Assembly: GCA_027064425.1 (NCBI GenBank)
Contig: JAMOPO010000027.1
Span: 128,001 to 192,000, forward strand
Source of the DNA: Methanobacteriota archaeon
GTDB lineage: Archaea > JAADCQ01 > Methanopyri > Methanopyrales > Methanopyraceae
Direction of reading: 5' to 3'
Length of the DNA stretch: 64,000 bases
Both the position numbers and the translations under genes were made by a program. Of the stretch, positions 7,403 through 16,717 are shown one piece after another. Every line of letters begins with the position of its first letter. The stretch's first letter is position 1. The notes beneath the pieces are model-generated. The model saw nothing but the letters and a program-made list of their open reading frames with translations. It was not told where the DNA came from and made no database searches.

Positions 7403-8221
7403 TTGACCGTCGCCCGCCGGGTTATTCCGTGCCTGGACGTCAAGGATGGGCGCGTGGTTAAGGGAGTAAAGTTCCGCGGGCTGCGGGACGCGGGCGACCC
7501 GGCGGAGCTCGCCGAGCATTACTACCGGGAGGGTGCCGACGAGATCGTGTTCCTGGACATCTCCGCCTCGCCCGAGGGCCGCAAGTTGATGGTGGACGTC
7601 GTCAGGCGGACGGCGGAGTCCGTGTTCATCCCCATGACCGTTGGTGGAGGCATCTCGAAGCTCGAGCACTTCCGGGAGGCGCTGTCGGCGGGCGCGGACA
7701 AGGTCTCCGTGAACACGGCCGCGGTCGAGAACCCCGAGCTCGTTTCCGAGGCGGCGGACGTGTTCGGCAGCCAGTGCGTGGTCGTGGCGATCGACGCCAA
7801 GCGGGAGCCTTTAACCCCTGAGAACGAGCACCTCGCGGACTACGTGTTCCGGGACGGGGACCGCGAGTACTGGTTCCGGGTCTACGTGCGCGGGGGCCGG
7901 GAGCCGACGGACCTGGACGCGATCACCTGGGCCAAGAAGGTAGAGGAGCTGGGTGCGGGCGAGATCCTGCTCACGAGCATCGACGCGGACGGCACGAAGG
8001 AGGGGTACGACCTGGAGCTGACCCGGGCCGTCTGCCGCGCGGTGAGCATCCCCGTTATCGCCTCGGGCGGCTGCGGGCACCCCAGGCACATGCTGGAGGT
8101 CTTCGAGGAAGCGGACGCGGACGCGGCGCTGGCGGCCTCGATTTTCCACTACGGTGAGTACTCCATCCGGGAGGTAAAGGAGTTCCTGGCGAGCCGGGGA
8201 GTGCGCGTACGCCCGTGCTGA
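7403..8221 (+). CDS. hisF: Imidazole glycerol phosphate synthase cyclase subunit
   Basis: [47 protein letters not shown]. Confidence 0.96.
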   Translation: MTVARRVIPCLDVKDGRVVKGVKFRGLRDAGDPAELAEHYYREGADEIVFLDISASPEGRKLMVDVVRRTAESVFIPMTVGGGISKLEHFREALSAGADKVSVNTAAVENPELVSEAADVFGSQCVVVAIDAKREPLTPENEHLADYVFRDGDREYWFRVYVRGGREPTDLDAITWAKKVEELGAGEILLTSIDADGTKEGYDLELTRAVCRAVSIPVIASGGCGHPRHMLEVFEEADADAALAASIFHYGEYSIREVKEFLASRGVRVRPC

Positions 8222-8856
8222 GGGTCCTCCTCCTGTACCCGGAGCGCGAGCGGTGCAAGGTGCTGACGGCGTTCGAGGAGCTGCCGGAGGACCTGAAGCC
8301 CGACACCAGGATCACCCTGGTCAGCTGCCGGGGTCGCCCCGAGGGACCCAAGACCGTCGTCTCCGGCGGCACCGCGGTGGTCACGCTCCCGGCCCGGGGC
8401 GACCTGACCCAGGTGAAGCTGTCCCTGGCGCACGAGCTGGCGCACGTGCTCCAGGCCGAGCGCGGGGTGCTGCCGGGGGACCGCGTGCCACCGCTCCGCG
8501 CCCTCTCCCTTCCGATCGAGTCCGGGGCGGAGGAGCTGGTACTCAAGACCATACCCGGGTCGATCGACCGGAGGATCGAGATGGGGTTGGAGCTGGTTCG
8601 CAGGATGTCACCGCGGGACTTCCTCACGGACCTCGAGCGATCCTTGGTGCTGGAGCCCGTGCGCATGGCGGCGGAGCGGCTGGGCGTGCGGGCGGAGGTG
8701 CCCGAGGTGGAACCCGTGCGCCGGAGCGCGCGCCGGGTTAAGGAGGAGCTGGTGCGCGCGGCGGAGGAGGTGGACCCGTGGGACCCGCTGGCCGTGCGCC
8801 GGTACGTTGAGGACGCGCTGGCGGCCGTTAACTCAGCTCTTCGGCGAGTTTCCTGA
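8215..8856 (+). CDS. Hypothetical protein with HExxH (LAHELAH) zinc-peptidase-like motif
   Basis: ORF coupled to hisF; HELAH motif. Confidence 0.6.
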   Translation: MLRVLLLYPERERCKVLTAFEELPEDLKPDTRITLVSCRGRPEGPKTVVSGGTAVVTLPARGDLTQVKLSLAHELAHVLQAERGVLPGDRVPPLRALSLPIESGAEELVLKTIPGSIDRRIEMGLELVRRMSPRDFLTDLERSLVLEPVRMAAERLGVRAEVPEVEPVRRSARRVKEELVRAAEEVDPWDPLAVRRYVEDALAAVNSALRRVS

Positions 8857-9802
8857 GCCGCTCGATGCGCTTCTCCGTGGGCGGGTGCGTGCTGAACAGG
8901 CGCGCCAGCCGGCCGCTGAACGGGTTCCGGATCCACAGGTGAGCGGTGGACGCGTCCGCCGCGGTCTCCGCGGGGATCGAGACGCCGCGCACGGCCTCCT
9001 CGATCTTAGCCAGCGCGTTCGCGAGGCCGAGCGGGTCACCGGTCAGCCGGGCGCTGCCCTCGTCCGCCAGGTACTCCCGGGTGCGACTGATGGCGGCCGT
9101 GATCAGGGTCACGATCAGGGACACGACGATTCCCAGCCCGATCAGCGTCAGCCAGTCTTCCTCGGAGTCGGTGGCGATGTTAATGAACGGGTCCAGGGCG
9201 TAGGACAGCGTCGTCCCGATCGCGGCGGCGAGCGTCATGATCAGCGTGTCGCGGTTTCGGATGTGCGAGACCTCGTGTCCGAGTACGCCGCGGATTTCCC
9301 GGTCGTTCAGCAGCTTCAGTAGGCCCTCCGTAACGCCCACGACCGGGCTGGACCGCCGCCCCACCGCGAAGGCGTTGGGCAGGGCTCCGAGCCCGGTCTC
9401 CTCGGGAACGACCACGAGCTTGGGCTCCCGAATGCCGGCCTTGGAGGCCAGCTCGGAGACGATCTGGCGGACCCTGTCCAGCCGGTCGGATAGCTCCGGC
9501 CTCAGCGCCCGGAACTCCTCCTCCCTGACGGCACCCATGCTCACGAGGACCATCTTGGGTCCGAGGAGGTACGAGACCGCCGCCCAGGCCAGCCCGATGA
9601 CCGCCCCTACGACCACGCTCTTCGTAAGGAGGGCCGTGACTCCCGCGAGCACCGAGAACAGGAGGCCCAGCAGCCCGACGGTCCTCAGCACGATGAACGT
9701 GCTCCGATCGCTCAGTCTGCCGATTGCGAGCAGGGCCAGCGAGGCGGCCGCCATCGGCGCGAGGACTTTGAGCGCCAGTTCCGCGCTCATCGCGTACCCC
9801 AC
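8828..9802 (-). CDS. htpX: M48-family membrane zinc protease HtpX
   Basis: PNAFAVG, GVLGHEVSH, SRTREYLAD, FSTHPPTEKRI. Confidence 0.92.
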   Translation of the reverse strand: MGYAMSAELALKVLAPMAAASLALLAIGRLSDRSTFIVLRTVGLLGLLFSVLAGVTALLTKSVVVGAVIGLAWAAVSYLLGPKMVLVSMGAVREEEFRALRPELSDRLDRVRQIVSELASKAGIREPKLVVVPEETGLGALPNAFAVGRRSSPVVGVTEGLLKLLNDREIRGVLGHEVSHIRNRDTLIMTLAAAIGTTLSYALDPFINIATDSEEDWLTLIGLGIVVSLIVTLITAAISRTREYLADEGSARLTGDPLGLANALAKIEEAVRGVSIPAETAADASTAHLWIRNPFSGRLARLFSTHPPTEKRIERLRKLAEELS

Positions 9803-10948
9803 CTAGAACTCCCTCTCGTACACGATCCGGCCGGGTAGCTTCCCGGCTCTCGTCACGTAAACTACGTCGTACCGCTCATAGCTTTTCCGCAGCCGGGCGA
9901 CGTCCCGGCGGTTCAGCCGCACCCCGATCGAGCGCACGGTCGGCGGCCCCTCCCCCTCCTCACCCACCTTGACCACCCGGACCACGTGATCGGGCGGGTC
10001 CTCCGGCGGTTCCCCGGTCGTGGCGAGCAGGGACTCGCTCCCAGGAACCAGCGTTGGGTACGCATCCAGCTCCTCCGCTAAAGTCGTTGATAACCTGGCC
10101 TTGCGCACGGCCGGGTCCTGCTCGATGACGTAGCTGACCCGGTTCGGCCTCGGGGCATCCTTCGGGACCTCGGGCGTCCCCTCCAAGACGGCGTAAGTCT
10201 CGGAGACCACCGCGGCCGCCCCATCCGTCAGGTTCGTCCAGCAGACCGCGCGCACCTCCCGCGCCCGGCTGAACACCACGGTCCCCGGCCTCGTTTCGGT
10301 CGCCGGCGGCACCTCGATCAGGTGGGGGAGGTCGGAGAGGATCTCTCGCAGCCGCGTCGCGGGTGGGCGCGTCTCCTGGGGGCGGCGGGCACCGCGCCGG
10401 CTCGGATCCGCGTGGGCGACGTCGGCGTCGCCGGTCGGCGGCTCTCGGATCGCGTCGGCCTCCAGCACGCGGACCTCGCCCTGGGCGTGGAGGCGGGCGT
10501 TCACGCGCAGGGCGCGGGCGCGGGACCCGTCCCGCTCGACGGAGTGCACGGAGTAGTGCTCGGACAGCGCGAGCGAGTCACCGCCGATCCCGGCGCAGAG
10601 ATCGAGGCACTCGCGACCGCCCGCGCGGTCCCTGAGGAAGCGGGCCTTGGCGCGCGCCACCGCCTCCCCGGTGAGCTCCTCGGCCGCGCGCGTGTCCGGG
10701 CACGCGAGCGGGGCCCAGTCCTCGACCTTCTCGGCCACCTTGGTGTGGATGGTGACCAGGACGGTGACCAGCGGGTCGGTGCCGACGTTGGGGTCCCGCC
10801 GGAGCCTCTCGAGCGGGTCGGTGCAGTCGGTGTAGGGGAGGGCGACGGCGGCCTCCCGGGGCTCGAGGCGTCGGACGACGTCCTCGGGGTTCCTCGTCTC
10901 CTCGAGCACGGACTTGATCCTCTCCCAGTCTAGGTCGAGCGTCCTCAC
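9803..10948 (-). CDS. Class I SAM-dependent methyltransferase, probably acting on RNA
   Basis: LDLCAGIGGD motif I and ADPSRR motif IV. Confidence 0.75.
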   Translation of the reverse strand: MRTLDLDWERIKSVLEETRNPEDVVRRLEPREAAVALPYTDCTDPLERLRRDPNVGTDPLVTVLVTIHTKVAEKVEDWAPLACPDTRAAEELTGEAVARAKARFLRDRAGGRECLDLCAGIGGDSLALSEHYSVHSVERDGSRARALRVNARLHAQGEVRVLEADAIREPPTGDADVAHADPSRRGARRPQETRPPATRLREILSDLPHLIEVPPATETRPGTVVFSRAREVRAVCWTNLTDGAAAVVSETYAVLEGTPEVPKDAPRPNRVSYVIEQDPAVRKARLSTTLAEELDAYPTLVPGSESLLATTGEPPEDPPDHVVRVVKVGEEGEGPPTVRSIGVRLNRRDVARLRKSYERYDVVYVTRAGKLPGRIVYEREF

Positions 10949-11655
10949 AGGATGCCCAGCTCCCTTGGATCCGTCTCGCTGGGTTCCACGCCGAGCTTCC
11001 TCGCGACCTTAATCAGCGGCTTGAACCGGCCGACCTCCTCGGGCGCGTGAGCGTCGGAGCCGAAGGTGATGGGGGCGCCCACGCGCACGGCGATCTGGTA
11101 CAGGGTGAAGTCGCGCGGCAGGTGGCGGGCGTTGAGCTCCAGGCCGACGTTGTGGTCGGCCGCGGCCCGGGCGATCTCCTCGGCTTCCTGCGCGGTGATG
11201 CGGCAGTTCAGCTCCTCTAGTATCCACACGGGGTGGGCGATGATGTGAACCTCGCCGCGCTCGATGCAGCGGAGGGTGGCCTGAACGATGGCCCGGCGCG
11301 TTTCCTCCGTTGGCGTCGCGCTGGGAACTAGAAGGTGCGGGTGGTGGACGGCGCCGAGGACCAGGTCAGCCTGTTCCAGCATTCCCGGGGTCGCGTCGAT
11401 CTCGCCCGTGGGTGAAACGATGTTGGCCTCCACGCCGGCGTAGACCTTCACCGACAGCTGGCGCTCCGCCTCGCGGGCCTCGGCGACCAGGCGTCGGAAG
11501 GAGCGGTCGCTGAGTCCCTCGGGTGAGGCGGGACCGTGGTCGGTCAGCGCCACCGCCTCGAGGCCTCTCTCCTCGGCGGCGGCCGCGTTCTCGAACGGCG
11601 TTCCGAGCCCGTCGGAGTAGATGGTGTGGGTGTGCAGATCGTACCGCAGCCTCAA
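10945..11655 (-). CDS. PHP-domain phosphoesterase
   Basis: DLHTHTIYSDG, TDH, IIAHP, GSDAH. Confidence 0.9.
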   Translation of the reverse strand: MRLRYDLHTHTIYSDGLGTPFENAAAAEERGLEAVALTDHGPASPEGLSDRSFRRLVAEAREAERQLSVKVYAGVEANIVSPTGEIDATPGMLEQADLVLGAVHHPHLLVPSATPTEETRRAIVQATLRCIERGEVHIIAHPVWILEELNCRITAQEAEEIARAAADHNVGLELNARHLPRDFTLYQIAVRVGAPITFGSDAHAPEEVGRFKPLIKVARKLGVEPSETDPRELGIL

Positions 11656-11668
11656 AGCGGGGGTCCCG

Positions 11669-12853
11669 TCACTTCAGCGCTCTTAGCCGCACCTCCGGCT
11701 CCAGCGTCCTCGGCTCGGCCGCCACGATCGCCGCGCCCTTGGCGACCACCGTCATCGGGTCGTCGGCCAACTCGGCGGGGATGTCCGTTTCCTCCTCGAT
11801 GCGAGCCTGCAGTCCCGGCATCAGGGACGTGCCGCCGACCAGGACGGTGTTGTCGTACACGCCCGGGACCAGCTCCGCCGGTAGCCGGTCCAGGATCCGG
11901 CGGATGGCGCGGATGATCTCCTGCACGACGGGCTCGGCGGCCTTGGCCACCAGCTCCGAGTCGATCGTGATCTCCTTGGGCTTGTTCGTCTCGACGTCCT
12001 TCCCCACGACCTCGATCTCCTTGTCCTCGAGGTCCTCGGTCTCCGTGAACACCCTGCCCACCTCGATCTTGGCCCGCTCGGCCTCGTGAATGCCTATTCG
12101 AACGCCGTACTCCTCCTCGACCAGCTCGACGATGTTCTGGTCGATGTCGTCGCCGCCGACGCGCATGGTCTCCTGGTCCGTGATGCCGCCCAGGGAGATG
12201 ACCGCGATGTCGGTGGAACCCGCGCCGATGTCGATCACCATCGTGCCCGTCGGCTCGGCGATGGGGAGGCCGGCGCCGATGGCCGCCGCCAGGGCCTCCT
12301 GGATGACGATCACGTTGCTCTCGTCGATCCCAACCTCAACGGTCGCCTCCTTGATCGCGCGGCGCTCCACCTCGGAGGCGTCGCCCGGGACGCCAACGGC
12401 GACCCGCTCGACCTCGTCCGGGTTGTTGTCGGAGCCGACCTCGATCGCGTACTGGACGATGAACTTGGCGTACTCCATCGACTCGATAACTCCGTGCCGG
12501 AGGGGTCGGACGGCCACGATGTCCTCCGGGGTGCGTCCGAGCATCTTGCGGGCTTCCTCACCGATGGCGAGGACCTTGTCGGTCCCCTTCTTCACGGCCA
12601 CCACGGACGGGAACTGCTTAACGTGGAACTCCTCCTCGGAGGGCCGCGCCACGACGGTGTTCATGGTGCCCAGGTCGATGCCTAAGGCGGCGTAGTCCCC
12701 GTAGATCTCGACCTCCTCCGCCTTGGCCTCCTCGCTCTCCAGCTCCTCGGTAATGGACTTGCGCTCCTCCTCTTCCTCCTCCTGCTCCTCGGCCCGCTCC
12801 TCCTTCTCTCCTGCCTCCTCCTCTTCCTTCCTCCTCCGCTTCCAAAGCGGCAA
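11669..12853 (-). CDS. mreB: MreB-like actin homolog with an acidic N-terminal extension
   Basis: GIDLGT, RPLRHGVI, AAAIGAGLPI, VIDIGAGSTD, GGDDID, LVGGTS. Confidence 0.92.
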   Translation of the reverse strand: MPLWKRRRKEEEEAGEKEERAEEQEEEEEERKSITEELESEEAKAEEVEIYGDYAALGIDLGTMNTVVARPSEEEFHVKQFPSVVAVKKGTDKVLAIGEEARKMLGRTPEDIVAVRPLRHGVIESMEYAKFIVQYAIEVGSDNNPDEVERVAVGVPGDASEVERRAIKEATVEVGIDESNVIVIQEALAAAIGAGLPIAEPTGTMVIDIGAGSTDIAVISLGGITDQETMRVGGDDIDQNIVELVEEEYGVRIGIHEAERAKIEVGRVFTETEDLEDKEIEVVGKDVETNKPKEITIDSELVAKAAEPVVQEIIRAIRRILDRLPAELVPGVYDNTVLVGGTSLMPGLQARIEEETDIPAELADDPMTVVAKGAAIVAAEPRTLEPEVRLRALK

Positions 12854-12868
12854 GGGGCGGGTTCCCCG

Positions 12869-13489
12869 CTAATCCTCCTCCCCGGTCTTAGGGATCTCGT
12901 AGGCGTAGATACCGCGCTCCTCCACAATGTCTCGGAACCCGTCAGGGTCCTCAACGGACAGGACCATGATGCTGAAAGTCTCCTCCTCCACTCCCAAGAA
13001 CATGCTAATAATGTTCCTGACGGGGCGCGGCATCAAGTCGAAGAGCACCATCGAGGTCTCGATGAACGCAACACCTCTCCTCCTTTTGTTAACCTTGATG
13101 TTCATCCGGCTCCGGGCCCTCGACAGCACGCCCTTGAGCACGGAGTCGGGCCCGGCGACGACGTAGTCCCCATCGCTTTCCCCAAAAACGAGCGATAAGA
13201 GCTCGGACTTGGTGGCTACCCGGCTGATGAGCGAGGTGATCTCCGGGGTAGAGCGGATGAGCGTTACCCCGTACCGCCAGACGATGACCCCATGGCGCGT
13301 TTTGATTACCTCGTTGTCCACGATCTCGAAGTTCGAGAACCGCATCGTCTCGTACAGCGCCTCCTCGATATCCTCCGGGTCTCCCAGGATGAGGCAGTAG
13401 GAGTTCATCTCCTCGTCCATCTCCTCGTACGACACGGCGGCGGACCGCAGCAACTTGACTCTGGTCTCCGGATCATCGGTCACCTTCAA
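12869..13489 (-). CDS. Hypothetical protein co-transcribed with mreB
   Basis: Overlaps the upstream gene by 4 nt; 15-nt gap to mreB. Confidence 0.75.
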   Translation of the reverse strand: MKVTDDPETRVKLLRSAAVSYEEMDEEMNSYCLILGDPEDIEEALYETMRFSNFEIVDNEVIKTRHGVIVWRYGVTLIRSTPEITSLISRVATKSELLSLVFGESDGDYVVAGPDSVLKGVLSRARSRMNIKVNKRRRGVAFIETSMVLFDLMPRPVRNIISMFLGVEEETFSIMVLSVEDPDGFRDIVEERGIYAYEIPKTGEED

Positions 13490-13749
13490 CGCTCGCGTCC
13501 CCGCTCGTCCGCGGGTGGGAACAAGATGAAGTACTTTCCAGACTTGTAAACAGTGACGACGTCGTCAATGTTGTTAATGTTAATCCTGTACACTCCGTCG
13601 CGCTCAACGACGATTGTGGCTGGATCAGAGTCGTCATTCTCCGGGATGCGCTCGAACAGCTTACATCCGCAGTTTGGGCAGCCCTTACGGATCAAGTCGT
13701 CGTTCAACTCAGTGAGGATCTCGCCGCAGTTAACGCACCGGTGCGGCAT
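13486..13749 (-). CDS. OapC/DUF2072-like Zn-ribbon protein
   Basis: MPHRCVNCG...GCPNCGCKLF...GVYRINI. Confidence 0.8.
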   Translation of the reverse strand: MPHRCVNCGEILTELNDDLIRKGCPNCGCKLFERIPENDDSDPATIVVERDGVYRININNIDDVVTVYKSGKYFILFPPADERGRER

Positions 13750-13757
13750 GCCGGCGG

Positions 13758-14129
13758 TCACCCTAGCTTTAACGTGATAAAGTCCTCGCCCTTCTTCAGG
13801 TCCTTGAGCACGTCCGCCGGGGAGATCACCGTCACTCCCTCCTCCGACCGGCGACCCAGGAGCTTGTCAACGAGGCTGCGCCTGGACCGCTGGGCCTTGG
13901 CCTTGGGAGGAACGACGTAGATGTCAATTCCCGTGAACTCCTCCACGTCCACCTCCTCCATCGTGCGCTGGATGATCTCGGTGAGGAGGTCCGGGTTCAG
14001 CTGTCCCTCGAAGACGATCACCGCGCCGTCCTTCGCCTTCTCGATCACGTAGTCGACGATCTCCGTCCTGGACATCCCCTCGAGCGCCGACTTCGCCATA
14101 ACCTCCACCTTAATCTCCTCGCCCGTCAA
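13758..14129 (-). CDS. OapB/DUF2073-like protein
   Basis: AVIVFEGQL, TMEEVD..FTGID, LVDKLLG, VTVISPA; lies between the GTPase and Zn-ribbon genes. Confidence 0.8.
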   Translation of the reverse strand: MTGEEIKVEVMAKSALEGMSRTEIVDYVIEKAKDGAVIVFEGQLNPDLLTEIIQRTMEEVDVEEFTGIDIYVVPPKAKAQRSRRSLVDKLLGRRSEEGVTVISPADVLKDLKKGEDFITLKLG

Positions 14130-14755
14130 CTCGTGAACTCCCTGACCATCGCCTTATAGAGGTCCTCCATGTTCTCTCCGGTCTTCGCGGAGACCTTAAC
14201 GATCGGGTAGTCCGAGAAGGCGTCTTCCACGGCGCTCGGGTCCGCCTCTTTTAAGTCTATCTTGTTCGCTACGACGATGAACGGGATCTCGTTCGCCTCC
14301 AGGTTGCCGATCAGCGTCACGTTCACCTGCGTGAGCGGATCCTTCGTGGAGTCGATCACGACCAGCGCTCCATCAATGTTCTTGAGCATCCGGATGGCCT
14401 CGACCACGCCCCGCGTCGCCTCCTTGGCCCGCTGCTTGGCCTCCCTCACGTCCAATCCGTACTTAAGGAACTTCCGATAGTCAACCTTCGTGGCGACGCC
14501 GGGCGTGTCCACGATCTCAAAGTCGACCCGGGACGAGCCGAGCTCTATCCGCACCCGCCTGCGGACGGAGCACCTGGTCTCGTGCGGGATCTCGGAGACC
14601 TCGCCGAACCTCTCCGCGCCCCAGTCCTCGGCGATCCTGTTGGCGAGGGTCGTTTTGCCGACGTTGGGGGCCCCGTAGATCCCGATCCTCACCTCCTCCC
14701 TCGACCGCGATCGAAAGTACCTCAGGAGCCGCTGGATGACGCTCTTAGGCTTCAC
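14126..14755 (-). CDS. Era-like GTPase (OapA family)
   Basis: IGIYGAPNVGKTTLANRI, PHET, DTPG, NKID, SAK; start GTG 14755. Confidence 0.88.
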   Translation of the reverse strand: MKPKSVIQRLLRYFRSRSREEVRIGIYGAPNVGKTTLANRIAEDWGAERFGEVSEIPHETRCSVRRRVRIELGSSRVDFEIVDTPGVATKVDYRKFLKYGLDVREAKQRAKEATRGVVEAIRMLKNIDGALVVIDSTKDPLTQVNVTLIGNLEANEIPFIVVANKIDLKEADPSAVEDAFSDYPIVKVSAKTGENMEDLYKAMVREFTS

Positions 14756-14781
14756 GTGATCACCCCGTTGGGGGCGGCGAG

Positions 14782-15327
14782 GTGGGGCTGGCACGATTCG
14801 TGAAGAGGGCTATCAGGTGCCCGAGGCGAGTGGGGGCGCCGGCGCCCACGCTCAGGAGGACGGCGAGGTTCATGATCGAGGTCACGGGCGTCGGAAAGGG
14901 AGACGTGATCGTGGACGCGGGCACCGGGACGGGGGTAATCGCCCTCGAGGCCGCGCGGCGCGGCTGCGAGGTGATCGCCGTGGACCTGGACGAGGAGCTG
15001 CTGCGGGTGGCCCGAGCCAGGGCGCGGGAGGAGGGGCTCGACGACCGAATCGAGTTCGTGCGAGCGGACGTCCGGGAGCTGCCCGAGCTCGTGGACCGAG
15101 TCGACGCGGTGATTTCCACGGTCCCCATCAAGACGCTCCCCGATCCAGAGCGAGTCTTTGAGGCCTACGCCGAGGTGATTCGACCCGACGGTAAGATCAC
15201 GCAGCTCACGCACTGGCCGCGCCACTTTCGGCGCGTGATCTCCCGAGCTCCGGTGCGGGTGGAGCGGCGTTACCTCAGGTGGGTTCACCTAATCCCGGGG
15301 TTCATCTTCGTCTGCCGGCGGGAGTGA
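14782..15327 (+). CDS. SAM-dependent methyltransferase, phospholipid N-methyltransferase (PmtA)-like
   Basis: P.RVGAPAPT N-terminus, VDAGTGTGVI, VDAVISTVP, Q-L-T-H, C-terminal IPGFIF; first gene before psd and pssA. Confidence 0.7.
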   Translation: MGLARFVKRAIRCPRRVGAPAPTLRRTARFMIEVTGVGKGDVIVDAGTGTGVIALEAARRGCEVIAVDLDEELLRVARARAREEGLDDRIEFVRADVRELPELVDRVDAVISTVPIKTLPDPERVFEAYAEVIRPDGKITQLTHWPRHFRRVISRAPVRVERRYLRWVHLIPGFIFVCRRE

Positions 15328-15333
15328 CGCGAG

Positions 15334-15999
15334 ATGATGGCCCCAAAGTGGCGGAGGTTCGTCCTCCCGCCCGCCATCCTCGGCGCGCTGGCCGCGCCCG
15401 CGTGCAAGCCCCTCTCCGCGCTGCTCCTGGCCGCCGCCGGCTTCCTGGCGTTCTTCTTCCGCAACCCGGGGCGCGAGCCGCCGAGCGATCCAAACGTGAT
15501 GGTCTCGGCCGCCGACGGCAGGCTCCTGGGCAGGGTCATGCACGTCGGTCCGGGCGATGAGGAGGTGGAGTCCTACCTGGATAATCCCGTGATGGTCTCC
15601 GTGTTCATGTCCCCGCTGGACGTGCACGTGAACCGTGCCCCGTTCGATGGCGTCGTCCGAGAGGTGGAGCGGATCAGGGGCCGGACCGTGCCCGCGTTCA
15701 AGGGCTCCTCGGCCCTGGAGAACCACCGGGCCGTCCTTCTCTTCGAGGGCCGGATCCCGTTCCTCGTGCGGCTCGTCGTCGGGGCGGTCGCGCGGCGAAT
15801 TGATCTGTACGTCGACGAGGGCGACCGAGTGCGCCGCGGACAACCAATAGGAATGATAAGGTTGGGATCCCGGGTGGACGTGGCTGTCCCTCGCTCCCAC
15901 GTTGACAGCGTCTTGGTGTCGGAGGGGGACCGCGTCAAGGCGGGAGAGACGCCGATAATCAGGCTGAAAGAGGGGATACGACGTGAGCGGCGCGAGTGA
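15334..15999 (+). CDS. psd: Archaetidylserine (phosphatidylserine) decarboxylase proenzyme
   Basis: FFFRNP, SAADG, FMSPLDVHVNRAP, GMIRLGSRVD cleavage site. Confidence 0.93.
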   Translation: MMAPKWRRFVLPPAILGALAAPACKPLSALLLAAAGFLAFFFRNPGREPPSDPNVMVSAADGRLLGRVMHVGPGDEEVESYLDNPVMVSVFMSPLDVHVNRAPFDGVVREVERIRGRTVPAFKGSSALENHRAVLLFEGRIPFLVRLVVGAVARRIDLYVDEGDRVRRGQPIGMIRLGSRVDVAVPRSHVDSVLVSEGDRVKAGETPIIRLKEGIRRERRE

Positions 16000-16717
16000 G
16001 AGATGGAAGATCACCAACATGATCAACGCTCCGTCGATCGTGTCCATGTTCAACGTCGCCTTCGGGACGGTCTCCATCCTCGCGTCCCTCTCCGGGTGCC
16101 CCGGCATCGCCTCTCGCATGATCCTGCTCTCGTTCATCGCCGACTCCCTCGACGGCTTCGTGGCCCGGAAGAAGCGCGAGACGTCCGAGTTCGGCAAGAA
16201 CCTGGACTCGATCGCGGACGTGGTCTCGTTCGCCGTGGCTCCCGCCGCCCTCGTCATCTCCGCGAAGATGGTCCCACCACCCGTGGTTTACCCGCTGGCC
16301 GTGGCGCTGGTCTGCTGCGGCGCCCTGCGCCTCGCGCGATTCAACACGATGTGCTCCGAGGGTTACACCCCGGACGATTACTACCTCGGCCTCCCCGTCC
16401 CCTGGGTCGGCACCGCCACCGCCTGCCTCTACTTCCTGACGTTCGACCTCCCCTCGCGCCTCTGGCCTCTCGTTAACGCCGGGGTGCTGACGGGAGCGTC
16501 GGCCCTCATGATCTCCACGGTCAAATTCCCGAGCTTCAAGCACCCGCACCCCACCGTGATCGCCCTCGGCGGCATCTCGCTGCTAGCGCTGATCTTCAGC
16601 CCGCTGGTCTGGCCCGGCGGGCTCCGGGAGAAACTGGAAATAGCCTCATCGGGGGCCATCGTGGGCCTCCTCTCGTACTACGTGATCAAGGGGGTGGTGA
16701 GGTGCGTCCGTCGGTGA
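15983..16717 (+). CDS. pssA: Archaetidylserine synthase (CDP-alcohol phosphatidyltransferase)
   Basis: DSLDGFVARK...SEFGKNLDSIADVVSFAVAPA, LRLARFN, GLPVP. Confidence 0.93.
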   Translation: MSGASERWKITNMINAPSIVSMFNVAFGTVSILASLSGCPGIASRMILLSFIADSLDGFVARKKRETSEFGKNLDSIADVVSFAVAPAALVISAKMVPPPVVYPLAVALVCCGALRLARFNTMCSEGYTPDDYYLGLPVPWVGTATACLYFLTFDLPSRLWPLVNAGVLTGASALMISTVKFPSFKHPHPTVIALGGISLLALIFSPLVWPGGLREKLEIASSGAIVGLLSYYVIKGVVRCVRR

